From the NCBI GenBank assembly GCA_038496445.1, contig JALMLS010000336.1, positions 171,662 to 235,661 on the forward strand: a DNA stretch of 64,000 bases, given 5' to 3'. Position 1 is the stretch's first letter. Each line of letters starts with the position of its first letter. Under the pieces are notes generated by a model. That model worked only from the letters and a program-made list of their open reading frames with translations. It had not been told where the DNA came from and ran no database searches. Shown here one piece after another: positions 13,814 to 27,321 of the stretch. The translations under genes were made by a program, and so were the position numbers. This DNA is from Trichosphaerium sp. ATCC 40318 (lineage: Eukaryota > Protista > Tubulinea).

Positions 13814-15867
13814 TCAAGTTGTATTGAATTGTACAAGTTCTAAAATACCACCTACAAGAAAAAAGGTACCAGTGACAAAAGCATGGATTTTTCTTTTCTT
13901 TGACCGTTGTTCTAGTACACCCAACGCTTCATTAATAGTAGGAATAACCTCTAGTTTTGTATCAACATTCGGCCAAAATGACTTCATTTGTTCTTGCCAA
14001 TCCAAGTTTTTATCTGGCTTACTTACACTTATATTAGAGTCATCAAGACGTGTTGTAGGATCAATCTTAGGTGATGTAAAGTATATAGTATCAAAGGATA
14101 ATCCTTGTTTTGTCGTAGTTTCATGTATTGCTTCAAGGAGCACCTTGGGATGCCTAGAATGGCTGCAGTTGAAAAGTAAAACTCTTTCAACTTGTTCATC
14201 GTCTTGACTTGTATCCTCTTTATATGTAGAGCAAAACCAATTTGTACATGCCTTAATACTTTCTGGCGTATGTGCACCATCAAGGTAGAAAGTCACAGAT
14301 CCACCAAAACACTCTAAAACTTGCGATCTGCCTTAAGTTGATGTTAAGCAAACTTATTGAAAAAAAACCAAAAACAATTTTTAAGCGCTTACCAGGTAAT
14401 ACAGTATCCTTTAATCCTTTCTTGAATATATCATCTATATTAAATAAAGGCGCATACGGTACTTTTGATTCATTTGCGCTATCTACGATCATATTTTTTT
14501 CCGATTTTTTTCCAGTTTTTTTTTCTAACCAAGCCTGAGCCAATGCCACCGCCAATGATGCGTTTGTAACTTGATGATCTCCCTTTAATCCCAATTCTAT
14601 TTTAGATGTTTCTTGAGCAAAATAATGATCAAGAGGACGTGTCATGAGTAGTTTAGTGTCTTGATGTGCTTGAGCCCTTCTAATGAGTTCATTTAAAGCA
14701 CTAGACTCTTGCGGAACAGTGATAGCTTGAACACCTTTTAATAAATGTTAACTCAAACAAAACTGTAATCAACTATGAGTGCATACCATCTTTAAAGATT
14801 CCTGATTTCTCATAAGCTATTTCTTTTAGTGTATTCCCTAGTAAGTTCATATGATCGTAATCAAGTTTTGTAACCCTAAATAAGCATGTTTGTGAGGAGG
14901 GAGATTGGTTAATATTATTATTGTACATACGCTGTAACAGCTGGAGATTTGAAGCAATTTGTTGCATCTGTTCTTCCTCCAATACCAACTTCCATAATAA
15001 CACAATCAACGTTTTCCTCTTGGAATACACGCATTGATAGAAGTGTCATATAACGGAACCATATAGGCATATCAGCAGGTGATTTCTAGAAAACTTATGC
15101 GAATGACAAACACAGATGGCTTTCGGATTTTTTTCTTAAATGGGTGCTCAATAAACCGTTCATGCAACGGAACTTTGCAACAATTAGATTGTAACTAACA
15201 GTATGCCAAATGGAAAAAGATGATAGTATGTTGTTAATACACAACTTGGTTTTCTTCACGCCACAAAAATAAAACGCCATGTGAACACTTCAGTTTGTAC
15301 GTACTTTACTGCTCTCTAGTGATTCCCACACATTCCAAAAGTGCTTTGCAAACATGTCTTCTCCAATTGCCTTGCCATTGATCCGTATACGTTCTCGAAC
15401 AGTAATCAAGTGTGGAGAAGAAAACAAGCCTGTTTTTGTTAACGTTAAAACGAGATGAAAGCTTTTGGAAGTTTTCTCGTTTGAAATAACGTTTGTACCT
15501 GTTTTAAAGCCTTGATTACGTAAAATAGACTCTACAAAAGCGCATGTGGAGCCTTTTCCTTTTGTTCCGGCAACATGAACTACTTTTGGTCCTAGTTTCG
15601 TTAACTACCTTGTAATTAGCGTCATTAAGTTTTATTGCGTACGTTTACGCCTATTCTGTTGGCAAAACTGGTCATTTCTTCGCTTAGGTCTATTTCCAAG
15701 TTACTTCGCCTTGCTTTCTCCCAACTAGCCTTTGCAGCGTTGTTTGACATGAGGGAGGTGTTCATTACATCCAAAGCCTCCTTTTTCTTTCATTGGCGTT
15801 ATATTCTCTCGTAATAGCGTACCTTGTACGTGTGATGCTTCATAGCGCTAGTTTTAGAGCTTTTCAT
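13814..15867 (-). CDS. FPGS: Folylpolyglutamate synthase, multi-exon
   Basis: [15 protein letters not shown]-loop, [48 protein letters not shown]. Confidence 0.95.
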
Positions 15868-16278
15868 CCTATTCCTTGCTACAGTATTTCTCAGCCTGCT
15901 CGCAAGCATCACACAAGTATTACTACTTCACAGTCAGGTACAGCCGCGTATGGAGTGCACTTAATTAAATGCTCTAAGTCTTTTTTTTTTGTTACTTCAC
16001 GTGACAGTCGAATCTCGTTTGTTTTGAGTAGTAAAGTCTCCGTTACCCACTCTGAAGATTTATAGTAATGTTGCCAACAGCGCTGAAACGTATACGTTTT
16101 GTACAAAACGACTGCTTTGGTGTAAAGTTATAGTTGACTTAACACAAACTTACTGTAACACAACGTGCGCAAGATTATGAATTTTTCTGGTGTTTCTCTT
16201 GAGCAGGTGCTTACCTATTATCGTAACAATCATGTGGAGTTGTTCAGTACCATTGCTCCAAAAAATCAACAAACAATC

Positions 16279-17116
16279 ATGGCTCAACTCAAGAATATCC
16301 TCAACGTATTTAATACAAGTCTACAACAAACACTGGACAATTTTCTTTACGAACAGTCAGAATCAGTTTCTACTCTTACCAAAAAGAACAAGAGCACCCT
16401 AAACTCTTCTGACATTGAATTAAAAACTAAGACAAAACCTTCAAAGTGAGTCACCTCATGTGTTCAAACCATGTATTAATATTTTACCAAGCATTGCAAT
16501 AGTAGAACAAAACATTCTTGATTTCCCTCCAGAGATTATTACAACTATTGTACACTATACTAAAGCGAAGGATAGATTCTGTGTTGCTCAATCATGTCAT
16601 CTACTTGCTGATATCATCCATGATATTGTTGGATATGAGGAAGTGTTTATCTCTCGTTTTGAAGATATTTTAAAGGTTCGACAGTACCAGGGTATTATGG
16701 ACAAGAGTGTTATTCAGTTGAGTCAAATACACGACCAAATCACTGTGTATTCTTTATTGGAAGGTTGTTCTATCATCAAAACGCCACATCCATGTGATAT
16801 TAGTGATGGTGATCTGAAAGTGCTGGCAGGTGTCAAAACAATTGATTTATGTGGTTGCAAAAGAATAACAGATGAAGGAGTCAAGGCATTATCAGGAGTT
16901 AATACCATTGACCTTAGTTTCACAAAAGTGACAGATGAAGGAGTCAAAGCACTGAAAGGAGTTCTTGATATATCCATTGGATACACAAGTGTTACCTGTG
17001 TAGGTATCACATCAATATTAGACGGACTTCATAAAGTTTGGCTTAACAGCTTTCAAGTATCCCCTGAGTTCATACAAACTCTTGAAGCTGCGTCAGTAAA
17101 CGTTGTTTGTTATTAA
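16279..17116 (+). CDS. F-box + leucine-rich repeat protein (paralog A)
   Basis: One intron (16446-16491), then ILDFPPEII F-box and ITDEGVKALSGVNTIDL repeats. Confidence 0.8.
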
Positions 17117-17312
17117 CAGTATTGCTTGCCAATCAGGTGATAGAAACAGGCTATACGTTGGTTTGTTAATAAAATGTTAAGCACCACTTTTTTTGGGGAC
17201 GATTTCTGCACAAAGTGAAAAGTGTCACTTAAAAAATTCTATCTGGGTCCTTTGATTTCTACGTAGCGCTAAACAACACTTGAGCGAATGGAACTAAGCA
17301 ACAACACCATAA

Positions 17313-18462
17313 ATGTCAAAATATAAGTTAACTAGCCCAAATCATACGTATGTTCTAGACATTTCTTTAAAAACAAGTTAACAGCGTTGGTAGTGCGCCA
17401 AATAGCATTTTGGACCTTCCTATAGAGCTTTTAGCATTTATTTTACGACAAACAACAAAAGCGCGATTTGCAGCTTGTCAAACATGCCATCACCTTGCTT
17501 CTATCATTCACGACATTATTGGATACGACACAGTGATAATTTCAACTGTTGACCAAGTAAAAGCAGTTTTAAAGCATGCTAGCACTCTACGACATACGAA
17601 AATAACACTTGACAACAAACTCTTTTCAGATGAAATTGTCAAGCAGTTTTCAGGTGCTCACACAATAGATGTATCTCTGGCTAGACAGATAACAGATGAA
17701 GGGATTAGATCACTTTCAGGAGTTCATACAATAGATATAAGCTGTTGTAGGAGTATAACTGATGAAGGAATTAAGTCACTTTCAGGAGTTCATACAATTG
17801 ACCTTGGTTACACTTTAGTAACAGATGAAGGGCTTAAGGCACTGTCTGGTGTTCACACCATTGTTCTTTTGCGTTGTGACCATATAACAGATGAAGGAAT
17901 TAAATCTCTTGCTGGTGTACATACAATCAATCTTGAGCGAACACCAGTTACAGATAAAGGGTTAGCAGCACTTTCTGGTGTTCATACCATTGATCTGTAT
18001 TTATGCGGAGGCATAACAGATGAAGGTATAAAATCACTAGCAGGTGCACATGACATTAGCCTTTGTGCCACTTCAGTAACAGACGAAGGCATCAAAGCAC
18101 TTTCCGGTGTTCATACCATTAATCTAAGTTACTGTCAAAATATAACAGATGAAGGTATCAAAGCACTGGCAGGAGTACATGAGATTTACCTCACAAGCAC
18201 TTCTGTAACAGATGAAGGTATAAAAGGTCTTGCAGGAGTTCACACCATTAGCGTCAGTGACACATCAGTAACAGACAAAGGTATCAAAGCACTGGCAGGA
18301 GTACATAAAATTCACCTTACAAGCACTGCAGTAACAGATGAAGGTTTACAAGCTCTTTCTGGAGTTCACACCATTTACCTTGACTATTGCCCAGGTGTAA
18401 CAGCTAAAGGTATAGAGGCTTTAGAACCGCCTGTTGATATAATATCAAAACAATTCAGTTAA
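17313..18462 (+). CDS. F-box + leucine-rich repeat protein (paralog B)
   Basis: Short exon MSKYKLTSPNH, intron, ILDLPIELL F-box, about 11 repeats of TDEGIKALxGVHTIxL. Confidence 0.85.
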
Positions 18463-18867
18463 GTGCCAGAGGTTTGTCTGAGTTGTAGTTTGCTGTATGT
18501 ATTGTACCCAATAAAAAATTCGTAGCAAGCAATATCAAGGTGTTTATTTGTAGAACAAGTTTTGCTTTTAAATTCTGACCAAACTCACCCAGTGGATGTA
18601 CATGCCACCTGGTTAGCGTTTTAGCAAAACAGGGGATAAAAACGTCTACTGACCGGCTTATACACTTAGTCATACAAACTTGCTTATATAAAGGTGTTTA
18701 AAAGTGCACAGTTTGGTAACCGAAAAACCAACAACTTTGATCAAACATTGTATTTCATTTATGTAAATGTCACTATCGCTAACACAACATACAGTAGCGA
18801 TAAAGAAATCATATAGTTTCATGTGATGGGCAACACATCATTGTATGTTGCTCTAGTACAAACTATT

Positions 18868-20853
18868 TTAATCACTCCACTCACTATCACTAGATTCGCT
18901 TTCACTTTCTTCAATATCTTGACGCCTATTTATAGTTTTAGTCTAACAACATTCTCTATTTTTCTTCTTCATTTTTTCTTACCTTGCATTCATTGCAGCA
19001 GCTAGAGTAGAAGCTAAACCTGTTGCTTTTGAAGGATCGAGGCTTTTAACATCTACACAAAGTAAAGGTAAACATTTTATTGTAATTACAGGAAAAAAAA
19101 AGAAAAAAAACGGTACCTGGAAGACCTTCCTTTGGATTATTTGGATCCACCTACAGAAAAAAAAATCCATTAAATCCACGCACATACGCACGAGAAAAGG
19201 AAAATAAATAATACTGTTACATTACCTTGTGCAATTGAAAGTTTCCTTTTTGAATATCTGCTAGCATACCACCACCTCTTGCTTCAGTTTTTTGAGCCGA
19301 TTCAGGAGGATTTGGCATTGGTGGAGGAGGAACAAGAGATGGTGGCGCACCAGGTGGAGGTGGTACTGGCCTAAGTAAACGTTAACTTTTTCTTTTAATC
19401 CTACAAATAAAACTAACCCTGCTCCTCCTCCTTGTCTATAGGTTGACAGAGGTCTTCTTGGCGGTTCTTCGCCTTCTCTTTCTATATTGAAAGTTGTTAA
19501 ATAGACTTAGTGGGTTAGTAGATAGTACGTATTCGTTGGCTACCAGCGATCGGAGTGATGTAATCTGAAACGACATTCATGATAAATTTTGCAGTTTCGG
19601 GATCTATTCAAGAGTAAGAGGCATTGTTGGTTTTTGGTATGCTTACCTTGAGCCTCCTTTTTAGTGATACCGGCATCTTTGAACATAGCTTTCCAGTCAT
19701 CTGGGATATTCTAAAAGGCGGTATAAGAGCAAAAGTGGTTTTGGTTGAAAGTGGAATAATTGTTGTACGTTGACTTCAAATCCGTTTTCTGCATCCCATC
19801 CTTTGATTTTTGAGTTAGAGGACTGATTGTTGGTAGAAAGTAATACAGTAGTACCTATGTGAGCCACTTTCCGGAAGTTTTGAGGTTTAGAAAGCGTGAA
19901 TTCTTCTCTCGCCGGTTTCTTCTCTGGTGGCTTTTCCCATTTTTTAAAGAAATTAATCTTCTCCATGAATCCCTTTACAATATCAACAAAATAAATAATG
20001 TTTATTTTTAGCGTACTCTCATTCTATGTTTGGTCTTCGCTGTTTCTTTATTGTGCTGTTTCTTTGACTTTCTTCTGAGCTTGTTTCTGAATCTTTCTTT
20101 TTTCGATAGAATAGGCAGAGTTTTGCTAACAACGATGAGATACATAATCGAATCCTACACTCACGCTGCTAAAACGCGACCATAGAAGGAGCTTGCTTCT
20201 TCTTGATCAGCAAAAGATATACCAACGACTAAAGGAATGAGTCAAAATAGCAAACACGGGAGCAAAGAAGTATTTTAGGTTTTTTGAGTACAACTTTTAT
20301 CAAAGCGTACTTCCTTCATCTGTCTCCAACACGTGAAAAAAAATTTCTTCGTCAGAGTAAATAAAATCATTGTACATCTCCTGTTCCCATACACACTTGA
20401 AGCTCTAACAAAAATCGATAAGACACGAAAGAAAACCATTCAAGTAGAACAAACTTTTCGCAGTTTTTTGAAAATATTTTCTCGTACATCCATTTCAAAC
20501 ACCCTCAAAAAATACGTTCTACGTCTTTGATCTGCTAGAAGTGATAGAGCACCTGTAACGCCACTAAAATAACACTGTTAACTACACAGATTTTGTGTGT
20601 TCTCATAAACACAAGCGTACCTGTAGGTCCACGTGCCGCCTGTAGCAACGTACATTTTGACCTTGAAATAAGCGTTACTCTTTAGAAACTTGTTATCATC
20701 ACAAAAAATAACGTACAACAGCGTGTGCCTTGAGTTCGTTCGGTCTAAGAGCGTCGATGTTAGTTGTTTAGTTTTTTTTCTGCTCAAACCGTAATATTAC
20801 CTTGCTGACTGTTGTAGAAGTTCAAGCTCGTGTTTACATAAAGATGGAGGCAT
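18868..20853 (-). CDS. WASP: WASP-family actin nucleation-promoting factor, multi-exon
   Basis: WH1 domain (WTYSG...WEQEMY...GISFAD); CRIB (LSKPQNFRKVAHIG|WDAENGFE); polyproline; WH2 (MLADIQKGNFQLHK); C and acidic end ESSDSEWSD*. Confidence 0.9.
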
Positions 20854-21371
20854 TGCGGCGCTATTATCGTTATCACGTGGTTATGAACGTGCGTCCAAAA
20901 AAAAAGGTCACGCACATTCTCGCTTGCCTCACTATCCCAGCGTTATGGTAGATCCCGCTGAGCAAGCTTAAAGGAGGTATCGCCATGTTTTGAAGTGGGG
21001 TTGACGTAGAAAGGACAAGCAAGTTACGTAAAGAAAGCACCAGTAGTGAGTACGTTGTTAAGTGTGGTCATTGTAACTGCAACTACCATAACCAAGATAC
21101 GTGTCAGTGAAGTTGCAAGTATGGCATCGATGAAATAGACAAAAAGAATGAATATCGCCGGAATGTGGTAACTCTAATCTGAGATTGGACATACACGCGA
21201 GGCAATTCCTACTTTTCTGTGAGTGCTCTGGCTTCATCGTCCTAAGAGGAAACAGTTAACTTGTCAGGGTTGCATAGGAAACTTGCTGTAAAGCAGAAAC
21301 GTTTATCGCGTGTTCATGCGAAATCAATAATAGTATTATGAAGTTTATATTTATTTCCATTGGATGATGTA

Positions 21372-23162
21372 TTAAAGAACATTGTTCTGTTTGGCTTTGA
21401 TGACTTTGATACGTTCCATCAAACTAAAACCAAGCTCTATTAACACACTTTTATCAATTTCATTAACTTTTGCGCCAACATCATTCATCAACTCTCCAAG
21501 TTCTTGTGCTCTTTCACTTTTAAAGCCCAACTTCATTAATATTAACTTCCAATCAGTCTCAACACTACCACTGGATTGGTTATCATGTAGCTGAGCGAAA
21601 CGTGTCTAAATAACTCTATTAATAAACGCACTACTGCAAAAGAATTAAACTTGTTAGAGATATGCCTTATTGATGTTGTCTGCAGAAATATGTGGTTTGT
21701 CCATCCATGATTGTTGCGGTACAACTCTGGCCAGGTTATCAGATGGCGAGCTTGTGTTTTTGTGCTTTTCATCAAGTATCTCACTGTGGTCTTGTAGTTC
21801 TTCAGACTATAATATCCATGAGTTGTATAGATTATTCAAGAGACGTACATCAGAGGAATATTCGTCGTGGTTTTGTTGTATTTCAAAAGTTTCAAGGGCG
21901 CTCTGAATCATGGCTAGATGTTCAGGAGCGTCTCCAAATTTAGTGTAATCATGATTGGGTTTAATAACAGACTTAGACCAGTACTTGTCTTTTGGGTCTT
22001 CCTTTAACTCTGTCCGCATCTCTTTCATATCATCTTTGGTTGACTAAATTATGAGTAAGAAAAAAAGAAAACAAAGAGTGTGTACCTGTTTGTAATTACT
22101 AAACTTCAACTTTTGTGGCTCTGATTGACCGCTCATATTGTTACCTGCTGTAAGCAGTCTGAAATCATGATAAATTGCCAAGGAATGAGTCTGTTTAATG
22201 GCAAAGTCGAGGTATTTTCCAGGTAGTTTTAATGGTTTGTTTGATTTGAATTCCTTGATCCATTTACCCCAACCCCAACCAAACAAACAACCATCACGAT
22301 CAATAGCGAAAGATGACCATGAACCAGCATGAATAGATACAATGTTATTGAGTCCTTTAATTATGCCCTTTCCATACTTGTCATCAAAGCCCAGCCCAAG
22401 ACACCCATGCCAGCTGTATCCAAAAGAAAATACTTGCTTTGACTTGGTAAGAACAAGCACGTGAAAAACGCCAATAGCAATATCTGTAGCATTAGAGATA
22501 CTTGGAACACATGTAATCATCTTTGGTTTCAAGAATAGTGATTTATTACTACTTTCACTATTCGTCTCATTGTTTTGTGTTGCTCCCCATAGAAGGACAT
22601 TTCCTGCTGAAGTTACTGCTCCACTCACAAAGAAATTTGTTTGAATCTTCACAACTTTTTCAAGATCTGGAACGAGCGTGGGGGAGAACACCTTACTCTT
22701 ATCATACGAATGACCTAGCCCATCGTATTCATTGCTTCCCCAAGAGTAGACATGACCTGATTTCGATAAAGCCATACTTATACCATAGGCAGTTACTTGA
22801 GTTATATCGGTCAAGTTTGGAACACGTGTTGGTTTCAAAACTGTCTTAACCAAGAGAGACTTAAAGTTACCTAAACCCAATTCACCCTTGTAATTACTTC
22901 CCCACGCGTAAACGATACCATTCGAATCAACTGCGAGACTGTGGTGCCATCCAGCAGCGATACAGACAATATTTCGTAGAGATTGTATCGGTCTAGCTAT
23001 AGAGTTCTTTTCCTTATCGTTAGGATTACCCAATTGGTAGTAATGATTATCACCCCACGTGTACACAAAGCCATCGTCTGCTATCACCATTGAATGGTAA
23101 AAACATACAGCCAAACGGTTAACATACTGTAAATTATCCTCTGAAGACTGGGGTTCAGCCAT
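21372..23162 (-). CDS. RCC1-repeat protein with C-terminal SAM-like domain
   Basis: RCC1 repeats (HSLAVDSNGIVYAWGSNYKGELGLG); spliced last exon ends LIELGFSLMERIKVIKA. Confidence 0.8.
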
Positions 23163-23575
23163 AAACTTGCGCAAATGGTTGGGTTTTGGGTACTAAAGCA
23201 ATTTGGAGGCAAATCCTAAATAGACCAAAAAAAAAACTGTGTTTGGGGTTTAGTTCGAAACAAATGCAGCTGAGTAGAGACATTAGGGCAATCAAATAGA
23301 ATAACAAAAGTTATTGTCTTTACGATCGACAGAAACTCGTGGAAAGCGAAAAATTGTGAGTAAGAATCATTAAATCCTCATAATGCTAAAGCAAGATTGA
23401 CATGCAGTTTTGATAGCTTACTGGTTAAATTATTGGAATAAATACTCCTTGCTCTAATTGAGTGATTGTTATTGCAACAAAGTATTGTAACAGAATCAAC
23501 AACGGGATTGTTTAGTATAATAATAACGCAAAGTACATCATGGAAAAAATGGCTAACTTCCAGGAGTTTATTGTT

Positions 23576-26500
23576 CTAAAGCAAGAATATGCATACAATG
23601 CACGCCACAACAAGGTATAGAGCTTTAATTGATGAACTAGAAGATTGCTGTATTGTATGATGAGCTTTTATAGGGAGCCAGTGCGTTTCTTAGAAAGAAG
23701 TTAGGAAACAATCTTAGTAATAAATTTCTTACCACCTCCAGCCACAAGGCCAGTCTTTTTCATAAACGCAACGATTGCCTTAGTTGCTTGGGCATCAAGT
23801 CTATCTATACCTTGGATGGTAACGGAAAAGTCTTGACCTTTTCCAACACGTGATACTGAAACATCATTGTTGCTCAAACCATATGCCTTTGACACTGCCG
23901 TACGAAGATCATTCGCTGCAGTGACAGGTACACGTGTTTGGAGAATACCACTTGGCTTCAAGTTGACTGTCATAGTTACGGGATCACTCTGCTGCTCTAG
24001 AGAAGAGTAGGTTAGATAACGCAACAGATTAAGTTACAGAGTCGAAAGATACTTACGCCTGAGAGAAAGCTGGTAGTTGATGACTTCAACACCTTTGTCT
24101 ATGTTGTTGCTATCACGAGGAGAAACGTAGCTAACGTGTAAGTAACTATCGGAATTACAACGATCAAGTTGCTCATATGTGAAGAAAGAAGAGTAAACTA
24201 GCGTCTCACAATCTCTTGCTACGACATTCCAAACCCTTTGAATATCTGAGTTAGACACGAATTTGAAAGTTACGCAAGACTACGATTACGAACCCTGGTT
24301 TAGGATATCCAGAGTAATCACCAGAGACAGCGCCTGGGAAAGTAGCATCAGGGGCATATAGCCATTTACGCTACAAACAAGTAAGTCCGCTTTTTATCAA
24401 AAAATGTTTGTACTGTATTGTGCTTTCCAATCTTAACATCGCTTTGTTCGAGAGATGATATACGGTTAGAACAAGGTGAAAGTCTATCAATGCCCTCAAA
24501 AGATTTTAAATCAATGATAGTAGTTCCCTTAGTGAAATATGGAACAGTGACAAACACCTTAATGCCTAAAAAAGAAAATAAACTTGGCGTCTTGTGGTAG
24601 CTAATAAACTGTACCTAGTCTTGATATATATGTTCTAGGAATAGGTTGAGGAAGATCAGGGAATGGCTTCAAGTCGCATATTCTTATTGGTTTATCACAG
24701 AATGGAGGTAAGTATCCCGGAGTACAAATACAACGACCACCAATGCATTGACCGTTCTTTGTATTGCAACCTTCAGTGCACTTTGCTGTTCAATCGTTAG
24801 CCAAGAAAGACAACATATTCACTTACCAATACTACAGTCGGGCCCAGCAAACCCAAGTAGGCATACACATCTTCCATTTATACATATACCACGCCCAGTA
24901 CATTTGTTCTTACACCCTTATTACAAATGAGCTTTAGGGTTAGATGAAATTTGTTTGTACGTACTAAAGTCAAAGAAACCATCTTGTTGAGCGAAGGCAA
25001 CATTTTGAGTATGAGCGACATCGAATATACATGCTTCTCGATCTTCATCATCTCTCACAAGACGACAAGCTTGGTTGGCAATTTCTGTCCCTAAAAGTAT
25101 GTGTCAAATACGAGAAGTTATGAAACCAAATGATGATGAGTCAAACAGTAATCGTACATTCTGGAAATGCTCCTTCGAGTGTCAATCCAATCAATCCTTT
25201 GAACTTTGGATCAATAACTGTTTCTTCAGCTGGTCTACAAGCCAATACTTCAGGTTCTCCTACTTCCAATCGGTCTTAAGGAAACGTAAGTCAACTGCTT
25301 TGCAAATGGGGAGTGTACATGATTCTGCAAATTCTTCGTGATGTACAATTGTTGTTGTTCCTTTCAATGTAAAGTCGTTTTCTGTATTATCATCCCATGT
25401 TCCGAGAAGACCTTCAGTCTTTCCATAAAAAGACCCTGGGAGAGTAGGTTCTGCATCCATCCAACAATCATTACCTCTGTTGTTAATAGTAATCTTCAAA
25501 GTAGCTCCTAAAACTCTCCAGTTAGAATCATATATGATTCAGTTGTAGGTGAAGCGCACCTGTTGTAAACGAAAAGAAGACGTAGTGTTTTCCATTTATT
25601 TGGTTTACCGAAACGGTAAATTCATCAAAGGTTGCAGTACGCTCGGAGATTGTATCTCTAAAGTTTATCTGATCGAAAAAACTAAAAAAATAAGTGAGAT
25701 AAGTTGTCCTTTAACGGCTTTGGACTTTCGTACGATTCTTGACAGTGTGAAACAACATCAAAACCGTAGCATACTTCACCATTTGTTAGTGCTTTGACAG
25801 CAACGAAAACATCATTTCCATCAATCTCATACCCCAATCCAATCTAAGAAACAAAATTAAAAGTCACGTGATAAAAACCAAAAAAACATTAATCACGTGA
25901 TCAAAAAAAACTGGTTTTCGAAGTGAATGAGAGTTCAGAGGATGTTGACGTACTTCATGGTTGACAGTAGCACTTGACCAAATGGCATTGTTTGCAGTTT
26001 TAGATTGAAGATAATATTTGTTGTGTTCTGAGATGACGAGATGGAAAGTACCCAATCCTTGGAAATGATGCCTTCTTCCATCAAAAGTTGTGTAGTGAGG
26101 ATCGCCCCATGAGAACGCACTACCAGGTAAGTTTGAAACATATGAGACATCGGATACACCTCCAAGAAGTAGGTTCTCCCAGATAAGTCTAAATGGAACA
26201 CCTGAAAGCTACCATTACAACTTAGATACAAAAACTACTTTTACCTCTATTCCAACATGGTGAAAGTAGATCGGAAGCAGCATGATGAAGAGCAACAGCG
26301 CGCTAAGTCAAAATTTAACCTTGCTTTTAACAATTAATTATTTCCTACCCAGTCAGATAGCCTGACAACAGGAGCCCCTGAGCTACCTTCTTCAGCGTCA
26401 CAATCGTATCCTCTAGTGGGCGCATAAGTTACAATATTTTGAGGTCATTGTAACAAAAAAACGTACACGTCATTGCCAATACCTCCTGTTGGGTTTGTTT

Positions 26501-27321
26501 CCGTAACAGACGTTATTTGACAACTGGTTCCTGAGTCGTTTTCGGCTGCGATTTCTCTTGCTCTTCCGTTTGGATATTGAGAAATGAAAAGAGGCTAGAG
26601 ACTTGACTTTAGCTTTAACTTGTTGTTTGTCTTCGCGTACGTCGCCAACAGAAGGATCTGTGATAGCTATAAGTTGGCCATTATATGTTTCCGCTGCGTT
26701 TCCAGGTAACTCAATGATAACGTAGTCAAGGCCAGCGTCTTGAGCAAGTATCTGGGTTTTTTTAACAATGGCGGTAAAAGAGCTTGATGTCTACTTACTT
26801 TTGCTCCTGTCGTCATCCAATTTGTGCAACCCATTGGTGTAGCATTTGGAAAGTTAATACTGGAACACATGGGTTGAGCGCATTCAAACTCATACGTTGC
26901 AGCAGCGACATCTGCATCTGTCGGTGCAGATCTTGTGAACAAATTAAGAATTTTTTTTGTGGTTTGGGTGAAACAACCCCTTTCTCACCCTTTACAAAAA
27001 GGATCTGACCAACAATTGTGGTTTGTTATTAGATGACCTTTACCACCTATCAACCAACCAGTACACGTGCAAAAGTCATCTGTAAATATTCGAGCAGCAA
27101 TACGGCTTCTGTTGAACAAACCCGTAGGACTAAAAAAGTTGGTTAAAAAAAAAGTTGAGAAGACCCAATTCAAATCGCAGTTTTTAATATCTTATCGGGT
27201 ACCTCGCAGTATCGAAGCATGCAGCGTTCTCTAGTTGATTAGTACCACATATCTGTTCATTATGAGCGCTTACGCTTATCGACAACGCTGAGAATACAAC
27301 AAGTAGTAAGATAAAGCGCAT
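23576..27321 (-). CDS. Secreted trypsin-like peptidase-vWD-EGF GPI-anchored protein, copy 1 (divergent, inverted)
   Basis: Signal peptide; triad ITNHNC / LDY / [11 protein letters not shown]; [11 protein letters not shown]; GLLGTWDDN; EGF repeats; hydrophobic C-terminus. Confidence 0.85.

Noticed and set aside
17620-18420. Periodic DNA repeats resembling a CRISPR array
   Set aside because: They are in-frame 72-75 bp LRR coding units in a eukaryotic gene.
21807-21850. In-frame TAG in the RCC1 gene, suggesting readthrough or a variant genetic code
   Set aside because: The TAG is the acceptor of a gtacgt...tatag intron; TAA, TAG and TGA all serve as normal stops elsewhere in the window.
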